A stretch of 64,000 nt of DNA from Mytilus edulis (Eukaryota): positions 43,772,001-43,836,000 of the forward strand of contig NC_092355.1 of assembly GCF_963676685.1 (NCBI RefSeq). Direction: 5' to 3'. The notes under the pieces were generated by a model that had not been told where the DNA came from, made no database searches, and worked only from the letters and a program-made list of their open reading frames with translations. Shown here in pieces: positions 13,501 to 28,900 of the stretch (positions are counted from its first letter, which is position 1; each line of letters opens with the position of its first letter). Position numbers and translations under genes: made by a program.

Positions 13501-16500
13501 AAGCAAAAAGCTGCAGAAGTAAAGATTTCGTTTCAATAAAAGCAATCAGTTTTTAAAACTCTTATATATCAAAAAGTTTTAAAACTTGAGGTATATAAAA
13601 TATTCCTACTAAGAAGTATTTTACCAATATCTGAAGTTGCAGCGTCTTCGGGAACTTCTGTGCAGTTCCTATTTTCATTCAGCTTCACAACGATACTGGT
13701 TGCAGTTTGAAACATATTGGATGATTTCATAATTCTTGTTACCGACCTTGTACCTGATAACAAGGAACGTAAGCCTTATAATTATGTTCACTCTAATTAA
13801 GGAAAGACTGTAATATTTTTCTGTATTTGAAGAAATAACATTTGGTGCACACTGAATAACTTGCGTAGCGGGTTATTTAACAGTGTGCACCACATTTTTT
13901 ATGTTTATCGAATAGACAGAAAAAATATTACAGTCATTTCTTATAATTTAATTCTAAATTCCATTTTAAACCGTAGAAAACCATAAAAAAAACGTTGACG
14001 ACGTCGCGGTCACATGACTAAATTATGTCTATGGGCTCATAACAAAACAACGTCAGCCAATCAAAAGACGCGTTACATCCAAAATTAAATTATATGAAAA
14101 TGGATTGATAGTTGATATTTGCACATATTAGCTAGTCAATAGAAGAAAGGATATAAGGTAATGTATATTTCATAATTAAAACCATTCATAGAAGCGCTTG
14201 GGATGAATGTTTTTTTGGATACATTGGACAGTCTAGACCTTGACAAAGGAACGCACTCTTGTTAATTGTTAGTGACCACATATTGCACTTTAAGTGTCTT
14301 TTGGTTTTGGAATGTTAGTGTGTTGCTCTGGTAATGTCAAATATCCTTCAATTTTAGTACTAAATCTCAAACAAACTTTAAATTAATATCGTTATCAGCA
14401 GTATTACCGTTACACAGAACAAAACATTATAATAGTTTTAGTCTGGACATAACTACCAACCTGTAACTTTAAAAGCATTCGCTGTCTTTCCAGAAGAACC
14501 ATTTGCCTTGGTTAATTTAAAATAATTAGCAGCCGTATTGAATTGTGTATAACTCCTCTCTGTCGTCTCATTGTAGGATGATGCTGCTTGAAATATTGAT
14601 ACAAAAGGCTATATTCAAAACCATATTTTTTCATATACAAACAGTTCTACTGGTGGACTATCGTTCCCCGCGGGTATCATCAGCTCAGCTTAGTTAGTAC
14701 TTCAGTACTGACATGATTAAACAAACTAAACTAAAATTGACCGTTTATAAATTTCGTATCACCAGCCCAGTAGTCAGCACTTCTGTGTTGACTGGTGTTA
14801 TCATGTATATGTTCATAATAATAAATTAGCTGTTAACATTTTTTTTAATATTTGAAATACTAAGATTTTTATTCCTCAGGGATAGATTATCTTAGATGTA
14901 TTTGGCAAAACTTTTTGGAATTTTTAGTCCTCAATGCTCTTAAACTTCGTAATTTATTTGGCCTTTTAAAAAAAAATTTAATCGAGGGTCACTGATGAGC
15001 ACTTTGTAGACGAAACGCGCGTCTGGCGTGAGTGTATTTTTTGTCCTGGTATCTATGCTGAGTGTATTTTCTACCTATGTAATCTCTGGTGATTTTCAAG
15101 CTATGGAAGCCATTTGTAAACTTGTGAAACTTTTAATGAACATTGACTTGATGGTTGATTTTCAATGTCTTCAAATTTTTGTTACTAACGTATGTGTCTG
15201 TTATAAACATCACCTCTGTAGAGGAATCGATTTTTTTGACTGATTGTTGTATCAAATATAGTTAACTTCAGATTAGGTATATGGCTTAAAAGGCTATCGA
15301 ATTATTAATGACTGAATTGAGATGAGCGAATTTGACAAAATCGCAAATTTACTAAAAAAAATAATATCACACAAAAAAATTTATTATAAACAAAAGAAGA
15401 AATGCTTACCCAATGTACAAAAGAAACCATTTGTCCTAATTCTGCATGAATTATTCATTGAAACTGCAGAGACGCCTGTTTTGTCATAACAGCGGTATGA
15501 TGCACAATGTAATACAGTGTTTTCTTTATCAAAACCATCTAAATAAGCAAAATATACAAATGTATAATTAGCCAGAATACAGTTTAAAAAATAGTTCTCG
15601 TAATATCTTGATGTGTATCAAATACATTGACAATATTTGAAGGACGTGTTTACACTTTTTTGAGTCGTTTATTTTACAAATATTTTATTCTGAATAATCA
15701 TTATGTCTATTTTTATTGAAGTTAATTTCGACTAAGAGTTTGTCGAAGAATGCTTGTTATAAATTAAAAAAACAGTTTTTATCGTCTCATCTGAACACTT
15801 TTTTCGATAAATATTATATATAAATTAATTTACTGGGATTTTATCATTGCTTGTCAAATGTTTTCTTTCAATAAATTCAGATAAAATAAGACAGCCACCA
15901 GATAACACATATAACCAGAAGATATAAAGAGGTCAACATATAGTTACTGACAATCACTCACGAAAATCAACGCTTATCCATTGTATCTATATAACCTATA
16001 AGCTTTATAACTGTTGTTTACGCCACCGACGCCGGATAGTATACATAAGTTTCGCTAACTGCAACTTTCGTCGCAGGTGAGACACAAATCTGGATATCTT
16101 GATAGGGCTAAAAACGAACATTCGAAAGCGTACAATGAATAAATAACTAAAGAATTACCATGTAATACATCAGTGCGTAAAACAACTCTGTGCATTGGTA
16201 ACCAAACACCATTTCGGTCATGTGGCATTACTTTGCAGATTTCAGACAAATTTCCTGGGATATCATATTTGCAGTGTTCTTGACTCGAAATCCAGTTCGA
16301 AGTTCTATCAATGTCTAAAGTACAATTAATTAAATCTAAATGTTTGTGACTATACATTGCTTCGAGCTAGTTGGCGTTAGTCAGGATTTTTACAGCCCAG
16401 TAAGTCAATGTTCTCGGTAAATGCATGATGTTCGATAATTTGGTTAGAAGACTTACATAATAAACACATATTCTGATAATTATGAGAACAAATAAAAACA

Positions 16501-19500
16501 AAATAAAATAACAACTTTTGTATTATCGACAGGTTCATAAAGGATATGTGTTAAAAAAAAGTTTTTATTGTTTGTCTTTTGCTGTTTTATTTTTTGCTCA
16601 TGATTTCTCAACTTTGTCTCCTTTTATAGTGTATATCAAAAATTCGTTTAATACACATGATGTATGCATCACACCAGAACAATCTTATATTCGAATATTT
16701 ACCACAGAATGTTCTTCGCTCATCTTTACAAGCAGCTGTGTAAACCGTTGGTTTATGCTGACAATTAACGTAAACACAGTTTTCGGAGCCATTCAAAGTC
16801 TTATTCTGTGTAACTATAAGAAGTTGAACCATATATACACATTTTGATATTAAACCTGGTAACTATCAACACTAATATATTTTTTGTACGTCTGATGCGC
16901 TTTTCTAGATAAACCTTCATTATATGTACGCTCACAATCAAATATTTTAAAACATTTATAAGAACCGCACTTGTTACCGGGTTTGTAATAACATGAGCAA
17001 AACAATGGGTTCATAACTCTTCCGGAGCAGTTGAGATCTCCCTTTGTTTTTGCAGGGGGTCGTGTTGCTTAGTCTATAGTTTTCTATGTTGTGTATTGTG
17101 CACTATAATTTGTCTGTTTTTCTTTTCTTTTTTAGTCATAGCGTTGTCAGTTTATTTTCGATCTATGAGTTTCACTGTCCCTCTGTTATCTTTCGCCCCT
17201 CTTTTAGAGATCTTTAAAAGTATGTAAAGCTGTGGCGTACAAATTAAAACAAAACAAACATAGAATGTACTACTTGAAAAAGAACATAGTTATACTTCGT
17301 AGTGCATTTTTTTAATTTTAGACAATACATTCATATTTAAAAAATCGCACCGGCTCTATCTCAAACAGATTGTTACAGTGTAGTATACTAAATTATAAAA
17401 ATTTCTACCAGCTCGAACTAAAAAACTGTGTCCTTGGACCACTTCTGGAACTTGATTAACGAATACGTATGTATTAGTATAATGCTAACTTGTTCATTTG
17501 TTTGAATTGTTTAAGCTTTTGTTTTTTGTCATTTGATAACGGACTTTCCGTTTTGAATTTTCTTCGGAGTTTTTTGCTCTTTTACCATTTTTGCGGTTAT
17601 AGATAAGGGTTGAAAAATATTTATCATTTGCTATTCGATAATAGAAATATATGTGATGTTGCACTTTTTATTGCTTTGATGCATTATAAGATTCTTAGAG
17701 TTTCTCATTCTTAGAGTTTCTCTTGTCCAACTTTAGACTGATGTTCTAAAGAGCTCGAATTCAAATTAACATATGAAAATTAACTTTCTGTTATTTTTTG
17801 TTGGCTTGTCTTTTCCTCGTTATACTGTTGACTATGGTTATGTATATTTTTCTTCTACCTATTGATTCGATTTCCAACTTGAATCTCAACAATTATCCTT
17901 TGAGATGAGGAAAACTCTTTCAATCTTACCTAGGGGAGGCATTTAGAACTGTAATTTTTGTTTAAATATGTCAAATCGGTGAACAATTTTAAATTGAGTA
18001 CTCGTTGGATTTATTTGAAGTGTCTCGGTATTTCTACATTCCATCACAGTGGTGCTTGAATTATCTTTCATTTTTGCTGGTGTGTTTTGTATGTGCTACA
18101 TTTTGTGTTTCTTTGGTACATATGGCGTGGCTCTGTACTGTTAAATATCTTTGTTCTATTATAATGGCATAATATTATTGTTATATTATAATTTTGAAAA
18201 TACTTTGAACGATAAAATTATGTATATGTCTTCCTGTGTGACGTTTTCTTTTTGACATCAACACGTGACTATACACAAGAGTTGATGTGAACCTTGCAAT
18301 TCAGTCACATGACATCAAATGTTTTAATCATGTATGGGTTGATTTAAAATACAATTAAGCAATTAATGTTGTTGTGAAAGTTGATAGATCCCTTTTTTTT
18401 TCTTTGATAAGTATTTGTTTGTATTTGTTGACACGTGTTGACATAGTGGTGACTGCTTTATCACTATTTTGACAATTTTACCTATCATGTCTGTTTTTGT
18501 TCACACATCGTTGTAAATATAATGGAAATTAGCGCTATAAAAATCCGGTTCAATCCACCTTCTTTAATTTGAAAATGCCTGTACGAAGTCAGGAAAATGG
18601 CAGTTGTTGTCCATTCGTCTGATGTTATTTATAATTTTATTTTTCCATTTGATAGGGATACTGTTTTGAATTTTCCTCGGAGTTTAGGTTTTTTGTGATT
18701 TTACTTTTTATCGAGTGTTCTCGAGTACTAACTTGGGAATATATCTACAAAATGGAAATTAAAAAAAAAGTATTTTGTAGTGTGTAACCGCTTTTCGACT
18801 GGGACGATTAATTATACAACATAATTAACAACTCATTACCTACAAGTACTGAGTAAGTAAAAACAAAAACAATTAAAAACCAATTGTTCAGAGAACAATT
18901 GTAGGTCTTTCCACTAGTAAAGATCTATTTTGATATTGAAATATGAAAAATCAGTTTAAAATGTTAGTTCCTATGGCTTTATGATGTATTTATATGAATT
19001 TAAAGCAAAGGTCAAAATCTAGAACGTCATATTAACCTATGACCTTGACCTAAAATTTCAAGGTCTCAAACCAAGGACCTGAAATCAAAAGACCCTAGGT
19101 CTTTAATATGTTTGGTTAATGAGTACTATCACTTAACGCGTAATTCTAAATGAAAGATGGGCAAAAACTCCCATGTATTGTCTGCGCACCCTTTCAACCA
19201 AAATAAACAAGTAAGACCATGTCGCAACTAACAATTTATGAAAAATTATTTGTCGATATGTCATAAGGTATTTGAAAATAAGTGAAAATAAGCCAAAATC
19301 AAATTTTAGAATATGACCTTGACCTTTGACCTTGACCTTATTTTCATTTTTTTGGACCAAGGATCTCAAATCAAGAGACCCTAGGTCTCTATCACTTATG
19401 GTTTACCAGTTAGAAACACATATCACTTATATCAAATGCATAAGGGGAAATAACTTTCATATGGAGTCTCCAGATAGCTTCGGTCCAAATGAATATCCTA

Positions 19501-22500
19501 ATCCTGAAGAAGTAACGAGCAATTTGGTAAAATAAATTTGTCGTAATCTTTTACGGTTGCGAAGGAGTAGTGGCCACAAGAAAAACAGTGTTTGGGGAGA
19601 TAACTCTTACAACGTAAAGTATTTTGTTACGCAGTTGTAAATTTTAAAAGCGTATAAACTATACGACATCATATTCCAAATATCTAAGCGACATCTTTTG
19701 AAACATCAATACTACGCAAGAAAAAAATTTAGGCGGAAGAAAAAAAAAAAATAATAATAATAATCAGAACAAATACAATAGGTCTTTCCACGGAAAAGTG
19801 GAAAGACCTAATAATCTTATCAATATCATTAAATTTAGAAAACTGTTAATAAATAATCACAAAGAAAAAAAATATATCTTATTATAGTATTTGATAATCA
19901 TTAAGGAAACCCATTGAGATACTGTTAGTTTGTGTTCTTACTAGTGTGTCTTAAAGACATGTATTTTTCTCCTGTTTTCACTAATATATATATATCGGTT
20001 TTTTGCTTTGTACGATTTGGTAAACATTGCGAACAACAGGTGAAGCGGCACTAATTTGTGGTCCTAATCGGAATATCAGTTGCAGAAATAGTCTTATATA
20101 GATATAGGAAGATGTGGTGTGAGTACCAATGAGACAACTCTCCATCCAAATAACAATTTTAAAAAAGTAAACCATTATAGGTCAATGTACGGCCTTCAAC
20201 ACGGAGCCTTGGCTCACACCGAACAACAAGCTATAAAGGGCCCCAAAATTACTAGTGTAAAACCATTCAAACGGAAAAACCAACGGTCTAATCTATATAA
20301 AATTAAAAAAACGAGAAACGAGAAACACGTAAACAAACGACAACTACTGTACATCAGATTCCTGACTTCGGACAGGTGCAAACATTTGCAGCGGGATTTA
20401 ACGTTTTAATGGATCCAAACCTTCTCCCTTTTTCTGAAACAAAAGCATAACATCATAACATAGAAAAACACACGTTAAAATATCAATTGGCAGGCTCAAT
20501 CAAAAAACGTACACTAATACACTATAAACGAATAAATTTGATCTGCAGTATCTGAATTCAAATGCACAGTTAATATAATATTAGGGACAAACATTTAAGG
20601 CCAAAAAGCAAACAAACAAGTCCAAACAAAGCCATGGAAAGTCACTACTGCGAAATATTCAACCCTTCGAAAACATTCACTTTAGAAAAAAAAAACGGTT
20701 TTAAAAAAAAATACAGGAAAGAAGAATGAAACTTGTATATTCAAAATAATCAAAGCTGGTATATAGACAAGATATATGAATATAAAATAACAAAAAGCAT
20801 TATAAACAGTATCAACAGGTCAAATTGATAAGAAAATACGATTTGAGAGTACTTGCAGTTACTGACAGCTAGTTAAAAGCCAAAAACAATTTAAAAAAAA
20901 AATCATGCATCAGAGAATAAAATAAACTAGAACACATCCCAGGGATTTAGTATTTTAACGTCATGAACAGTCAGAGAAGACATGACTTGTGCACTCTTTG
21001 AGGGGTCCGTAGGTGGTCTGTTGCAAGGCAAAATTTCTGTTCCTATCCAATATACCCTCATTTTCCAGTGGCAGTTCAAATTCCCCCCATCCTCGATGGC
21101 CTCTATTACAACAACCTACCTATTTTTTTTTATTGTGAACTTGTTCTCGTCCTGAATATGCATGAAATATTTGCCACTGGACGTTAGGCAACCAACAATC
21201 AATCAATCAATCATGACTTGTGCAAAGCCAAAAATAAATGTATCGACAGGTAGTAGGATAGTAAGGAGCGACTTCTTGAGAAATAAAAATTAACGTGTCT
21301 GTGTCTCTATACATCCCGCCTCAAAAGAAGATACAATTTAGTTATGTTTTAATTTGCTAATGACAAAATCGATATTAGTGCCAATGTAAACTATATTCAA
21401 AGATCTAATTACAATATTGGTACGATAACCTTTACTTATAAGATTGTTAAAAGGTTCGATGAGTTTACACGGATCACAAAGTGATTTCCTCGCTTTAAGT
21501 ACAATATTACCATAAAATGTAGGATGTGAAATACCATTTTTAATAAGTCTTCTAAAGATATAGCCAAATTTACTAATCAAATCTTTGTATCTATGAAAGA
21601 ATTTAGTAAAAGTTTTAAGTAATTTCTGGTATCGAAATCCCTGACACAGTAATTTCCCAGTGATGCATTGATTCCGTTCGTTAAAATCTATGACATTCGA
21701 ACACACACGGGCAAACCGAACGAGTTTGGATATATAAACACCGCATGGTGGAGCCAAATGCACATTGCCGTCTTAAAAAGGGAAATTAACAACAGGAAAT
21801 GAAAAATCGTCTCATTTGTCGTAATTTTTAGTATGAAATTTCCCGTTTGAAATTGAAATGTCTAAATCTAGAAAAGGACAACTGCTGGTGTTTATATTAG
21901 ATTTAGTTAAAGTAAGTTCTTCTAGGTAAATTTCTGAAGTATATTAAGAGAACTCTGGATTATTCAACGAAAAAATAGCATCCAGATAAAGGTAGGTATT
22001 TTTGAATGTATCAACCAAATATAACAATGATGGGTCTTTACTGAATTTAGTCATTACTGGGATTCATAGCAATATAGAAATAAATCTGCTATTAAAGGGG
22101 CACAGTTGGAGCCCATAGGAATACTTACTACCTGATGATACACTTTATCGCCGAAACGTACATAAATGTTATCTAGCAGAAAATTTAGAGCTTCTATCAT
22201 ATCCTCACATTTCCAGTAAGTGTATCTAGCATACTTTCCTTTTTCGTTACAGAAAAAGGCTTTAAACGAGTTACAGCAAATAAAATTACAATGAGACCAT
22301 TTTATCAAATACAAAAACTTTTTCTTTATAAGTTTGTGTGGAAGTGTAGTGTACAGAGTAGAAAAATCATAACTGTCCACAGAATTGTAAGGACCATTGA
22401 AAGCATGCATTTTATCTAAAACCTCTAAAGAATTTTTAACACTCCAAAAATATATAATATTTTCATAAGCTTTATTACAAAAGTTAATAACCAGGTTTTT

Positions 22501-25500
22501 TTTTATAGTAGTAAAGGAGGTAGTTAGAATCACTGATAGATTAGTAGTAGAACACTTAATCGAAGTGGAGATTGTTATTAAACATAAGCATTCTTACAAA
22601 CATACCACTATATGCCCAATAACTGTTATTTGACACAATAGAGCTACGGCATTGGTTAATGGTAACTAGCTTTCTAAAACTTGGTTTATTACTTAATATG
22701 CACACACACCTGTCTTCCTGTATCAATTGAAAATGTAAGATATAATTATAAAACCATTTCTCAATTGTGTTATAAACTGCTAGTACATTATATGAAATTA
22801 CAAGTACGTGTATTTCTCACTCTTACCTTTAACGTTATATACTAATATTTGCTATTTGATAAATGACTTGCCGTTTTGAATTTTTCCTTGGTATTGCTTT
22901 CGGTTATATTGTTATATAACTTTTTATTAAACTTCATAAATTTGATATGGAAATAGAATTTGTCAGTTTAAATATATTAAGACTATCTTCTTTTTCTCCT
23001 CGTGTTCGATGTACATGTACTATACCTGACTGTCAACATCAATTGTTTACTATTTAACTTCATAAAGGATTTTCCACTTTTTTTTTTCTTAAGAAGCCCT
23101 GCACCAAGTCAGGAAAATGGACATTGTTATATAATAGTTCGTTTCTGTGTGTGTTACATTTTAATGTTGTGTTTCTGTTGTGTCGTAGTTCTCCTCTTAT
23201 ATTTGATGTGTTTCCCTCAGTTTTAGTTTTTAACCCGAATTTGTTATTTCTCAATCGATTTATGAATTTTGGACAGCAGTATACTATTGTTGCCTTTATT
23301 TACGACACTCAATTTGAAATAGTCAACAATTCCTACAGATTTTTTAAAGAACTCGATTAAAGTCCGAGTCAGCCTTTTCCCGCCATATTTTAAATCTCAA
23401 ATATCTCGAAAAGGAGGTCCATGACCTATCAATATTTTTAGCTAATCTTTATCCTTAATGGATGCTCTACCAGCTTATAGTATCAATTTTGAATTCTTAA
23501 TTTATTATTTTTCACCTTACCTCACCTAAGTACATCCTTAAAGGAATATGCGTTACATATTTTCGACCTACCGATTAAAATTCCATACGAAAATTTTCAA
23601 ATAAAAGGTGATGAAGTACAAAATTCTTTTTCTGCGGATTTGCATTTTTCTTTTTCTAAATTGTGATGTACTTTGGGGTGTTTTAAGTGGGGATCATGAC
23701 TTTCCCATTTTTTTTGTAACGCTCATCTGATGGTTATGGACATTAAATTGTTCCAACCTATTGCTTTAAATATCATCTAAATGGCATACCATACAGTTTT
23801 GATCACACAGTTATTGTTTGACAAAAGTTTGCATATAATCAATTTTTCACCTTCTCAGTTGACATGTTTAATAAAAGTTTTATGAATGGGTTGAATAATA
23901 GTCATTAACTTAACAATCTGTTTCTTTGTATTTTTCATCTTTAAACAAATATAGCTGTACGAGTATGTTCTACATTCATGTAATAATTCGTTGGCAACAA
24001 ATCATTTTAATAAATATTTCATAATTTTAGAAAAAAACGTTATGGTTAGCTGTAACAATAAATATATATGTAATTGATGCACATGTTTTGGTCACCGCTG
24101 ATTAATAAATATTATCAGCATGCATGGTTAAGCGAGATTTCATTTCAAAGAGGGATCTATGTTCTCTTTTTCAGGTTAATGATTAAATCAGTGTAGATTA
24201 AATGCATCTTTTCCGAATATGTCACAGTTCGTCATTGCGAAAATTTACATAAGCGACGTCATTTACTTCCCTATCATGTATCATATATCCTTAACTACGA
24301 AATCATTAATTGTGCTGTTTCATTTTTAAACTGCATTAGTTACGATTTGTTTTGCTTAATCATTTATGAAAGTGAAATAGTGAAATAACAATTGTCATTT
24401 AGCAGCCAGATTCAATTTTAACAAATAAGCTCGGAAAATCGCTGATGAATTATACACTTGCAAGTTAATAATTCGACTTCATTTTATCCGTGTTCGTGAG
24501 ATCTTTAATGTAGCTCCTTAATTAGAGATGGGTTACGCATGTACTAGTTGTTTTTTGCTGTTGAAAGGAAAACAATGACAACATTGACAATTTGTCAATG
24601 TGTGTATCATTGTCATGTTGCATACTAGAAGGTTTTCTTTCTGTATCATATTGTAACATCGGACTCCGACTTCTTTTTAACATGTTGAAGGGCGCCTCAT
24701 TTATGAACCTCTCCTAAGTCAGTGGCGTCGGGCCTTTATGAGTTTTGTATATGTCCTAGATTTAAGTTTATTTGTATCTTTCGGAGTTTTGTGTTTCGTC
24801 CATTTTCGCCGAACTAGTACACATTATTGTTTAGAGGCCTCTTTAAGCTGGCCTCCAGGTGCGGGATTTTCACAGTGTGTTGAAGAATCATTTATTGCCT
24901 CTGGTGTTTTCTGCTCTTTGGTCAGATTGTTGTACTTTAACATGTTTTAAAGTGGATAAATAATCATTGGTTGTATAAAAAAAAATCTTGACTGCAGGTG
25001 ATTCTAGACTTGTAATTATTTTAACAGAATACTGTAAATTTTCATCAACATTAAATTATGTGTATAACTTACTATATGTCCTAATATTTCAACGTCAATA
25101 TGTTGCATTCTACAGATTTCTAAGCATTTTGATACTGTCGGTACCACTGAAATATGTGGCTCTCCTAATAGTTCAATGCAACCTATTATAATAGAAAATT
25201 CAATTAAAGAGATAGAGCCTAGATGGTCGATTGGTCTAGCGCGTGGGTCATAGTGCAAGCCGATTTAGTGCCAGTAATATCTCAGTAGCAATAGTTCGAG
25301 TCCCGGCAAAGAAATAACCAAATCGTGTTTTCGCAAATTTACAGATCGAACATTGTTGGGCTGATAATTATATCTTAGATTAGTACCGTTGTGCAAATCT
25401 TTAGACTTACATATATATATAAAACGTCTGTATAGTAGTCAACGATTTTCCCCACGAGGGCGCTGGATCGTTACGAGTAACGATACATGTACACAATAAA

Positions 25501-25876
25501 TAAATTATATAAACGCCTAAAAAAGTGTACACAACAACTCCAAATACAAAAAAAGGTAACTATAAATGTAATTATTTATAAATATTTCGGATAACAGATA
25601 TCCTTCGTCAGTCAGATTCTGATGTGAAATGAATCATCTTTGAGTCTCGTTAGATTAAACTTTTACTAAATCTTGAATTTTATACAATAAAAAAAGTCAA
25701 ACCGAACATCAGTAAAGACGCTTGCACCATTCTAAAAAAATGTTAACATGACATAGGTTATATGGTTTATTACAACAGAGAGCTCATATATATGCTTTAA
25801 ATACAAATAATAATGTGCGATGTGAACTAGCACAATTCTAAAACTGTATCGGGAACGACAATTATGATGATATAAC

Positions 25877-25911
<35 letters not shown>

Positions 25912-28900
25912 AAAAAGTAAATTAAGTCCGTATGCTGGTAGCATATAAGAATATATATATATACAACAAATACGGCAACCCGAGTACAGACAAACGCCGT
26001 TGAGCGAACATTTAGACATTTGTGCGGGAGGAAAATTCAAATGTTTCCCATTCTTCAAATGTACGGAACCAACAGAAGAATACCGTAAAGAACTAGAAAA
26101 AAAAACTCATAAAGTGTTTGACGCAAAGCTTGATGCTTAATAGTTACATGAACAATAACGTTGCGTCATAATACTAATTTGTTAAGAGCAATGACGTTAC
26201 CTCATAATACTAATGTGTTCCCCATAACGACGTTCATAGATATGGTAGTCCCAAGATGGACGAAAGCGCTAGGTAATGCTGCTTTTTAAACTCTTTTTTG
26301 TGTTTTTAGTTTTTAATATATAATTCCTTGTACACCGCTTGAATCAGAAATCAGATTCTTTCATATATAATTACCTTAGCCGTATTTGGCACAACTTTTT
26401 GGAATTTTGGGTCCTCAATGCTCTTCAACTTTGTATTTGTTTGGCTTTTTAACTATTTGGATCTGAGCGTCACTGATGAGTCTTATGTGGACGAAACGCG
26501 CGTCTGGCGTATAAAATTATAATCCTGGTACTTTTGATAACTATTTAACAAATTACAGATGTAACCCAATCTTTTGCAACATCAAACACATAAGTTCATG
26601 CAGCATTTTCGGGACATTCATAAAACTATCAAATGTTGCAACGAAAAGTAATAGGAAGTAGACGTTGGAAAGTATTTGGATAAAGTTAAATCCATAAAGA
26701 TTAGTACTAACCAATAAGGAATAGTTAAAGAAATTCAGAAGAAATGGACAACTCATATAAGAAAAGTCAAAAGGAAAGTGGCACAAAATTGCACGTGTGA
26801 CAGAAAAGGCATATGGAACCCTCTCTAAAAAGATATCTCGTCGATGGGGGTAAGATGGTAGGGATTATTTGGAACACCATTAACGATTTATCGTTTATAA
26901 TTAACTTTCTTCACAATCTTTAACTATATAAATCTCAAAAAAATTCATTCGTAAAAAAACAATTAACCGGGGCTATGTTATACTTCATATGGTTCATATT
27001 CAGATCATATATCTTTTTTCTCAAGTCGTGATATGTACGTAAAGTTTACCACTGGAGATAATCATCAGTTAATCAATGGCATCAAATACTCTTATTTTGA
27101 ATGGTTGTTTTTTTCAAATATCTAATTTAGATCTATTGATCATCTTTTTTCAATAGAAACATTTGGTAATCCATTGGATACTAGCTATGAGGTGTGAGGA
27201 ATTGTTTTTACAAAAACAACCAGAGATACACACAAAGTCATCACCTATATATAAGTGTCAATGTAGTTTCTTTCTATATCGTCATTCTTCTCATGCTTTT
27301 GGTTGATTTAAAAGATTGTCTTGGTGTATTTACTAAATGATTAACCAGCCATTTCAAAACCATTACCGAAAAGGACTAGTACTACAACGCTAGAAATATA
27401 TATATGCATTAATAGTAATCAGTTGCTTCCTTTTATCCATTTATGACCTATTTGTTTCTTCTTTTATTGTATATCACATTCATTTTGCAATCTGGATCAG
27501 TTTCCTTGAACCATTATATTTTATTTACAAATCAATCGATTTAAAATTTCTGGTAGGTCTTGTTGTCTTTAAATTCCATTTTTAATATTCTTATAGTTGT
27601 TATTCAAATTAATACTTACAGTTCTGCCTTTTTAAATTCTAAGTTTTACCAATAAAATTTATAAACCCGTTTCTAGACAAAATCAGTTTTGCAGTAACAT
27701 TTATATGGGACCTTATAATGATAGATTAATCCTTCAAATTGGTAAATTCTTTGAACCCACGTATAGAAATTTGCATTTTTTAAGTGTCAGTAAGATAGTC
27801 ATCCATGAATTAGAATCCAAACAGGTCACAATGTACTACCCACAAAAAGCGACGAAAAATACGAAGGTACTAACATTTTTCTATACTAATTGTTAAATCT
27901 GGTATAAAATAATCTTGTTCGAGTTACTGCACCCTTATTTTGATTACAGACATATTCCTTCCCCTAATGATTCTATTATCTCTTGCATTATCGTTTCGTG
28001 GAGCTATTTCAAATTAAATACATCTAAATGGGCTGTTTAACAATGTTCCTGTAATGGTATCGATACATCTAAACTGATGTTTTTTCACTCTAAAGCTCCT
28101 CTTGTTCTCAAATTTGGTCTGTTGTTTACTTTGTTTCTGTTTTGTTGTTTGGTTAAAAACTAGTGTCAAGAGCCAAGGTCGAATGAGATATCCACTGTCC
28201 TAGCTTACAAAGCCACTTATCTCCCGTCTTCAATTTTTTGTACATAGTCTTTAATTGAGTCATGTGTTTTACCAGCCCACTTTTGCAATTTAATGTAAAA
28301 ACTTTAAATTTGAGAGAATCTTGTATTAATATTATAATGGGCGAATGGTATTTTTACTGGTTACGTTTAACATGTTTTAGTTTTTGGGTTTTGAAACACA
28401 CATAAGCACTGTCTAAGCACCAATGACATTTGGAAAATTTGCGATTTCATAAAAGCTTTGCATTGCATAATGAAGAGACGCTTGGTGTGTGGGCCTCGAA
28501 ATATATCAATTGCAGCTAGTCATCAAACATTGTGTGACGTTACGTTACGTTACGTGTAATGAAAGGACTTGCTCTTGATAAACTACAGAATTCTGCATTA
28601 ATCAGTCGAATGCTCCCAGTAGCATGAAACGAATTGCAAAAGGCCACAATTATTTGTAATGAGACAAAAATGGCATCGGATCTTTTATTCGGCCTAGAGA
28701 GTCTTTTTTGAAACTTTATACACAGTTCTATAATCATTAGTCTAGAAAGTCGACATCTGCGAATAATATCTACATCGACCAGATTGGCTCTGTGCTTTAA
28801 CACCCTGTTTCGGCGAATACGATGTGCGCGTCGTCTCAATTGAACATACACAGCTGATATATTTCTTGTTTTTATTTCGGCTTAGGACATCGTAACTTCT

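Noticed and set aside
22826-22841. Micro-exon YITLK|gtaaga
   Set aside because: Abuts a dispersed repeat and is not needed for phase continuity.
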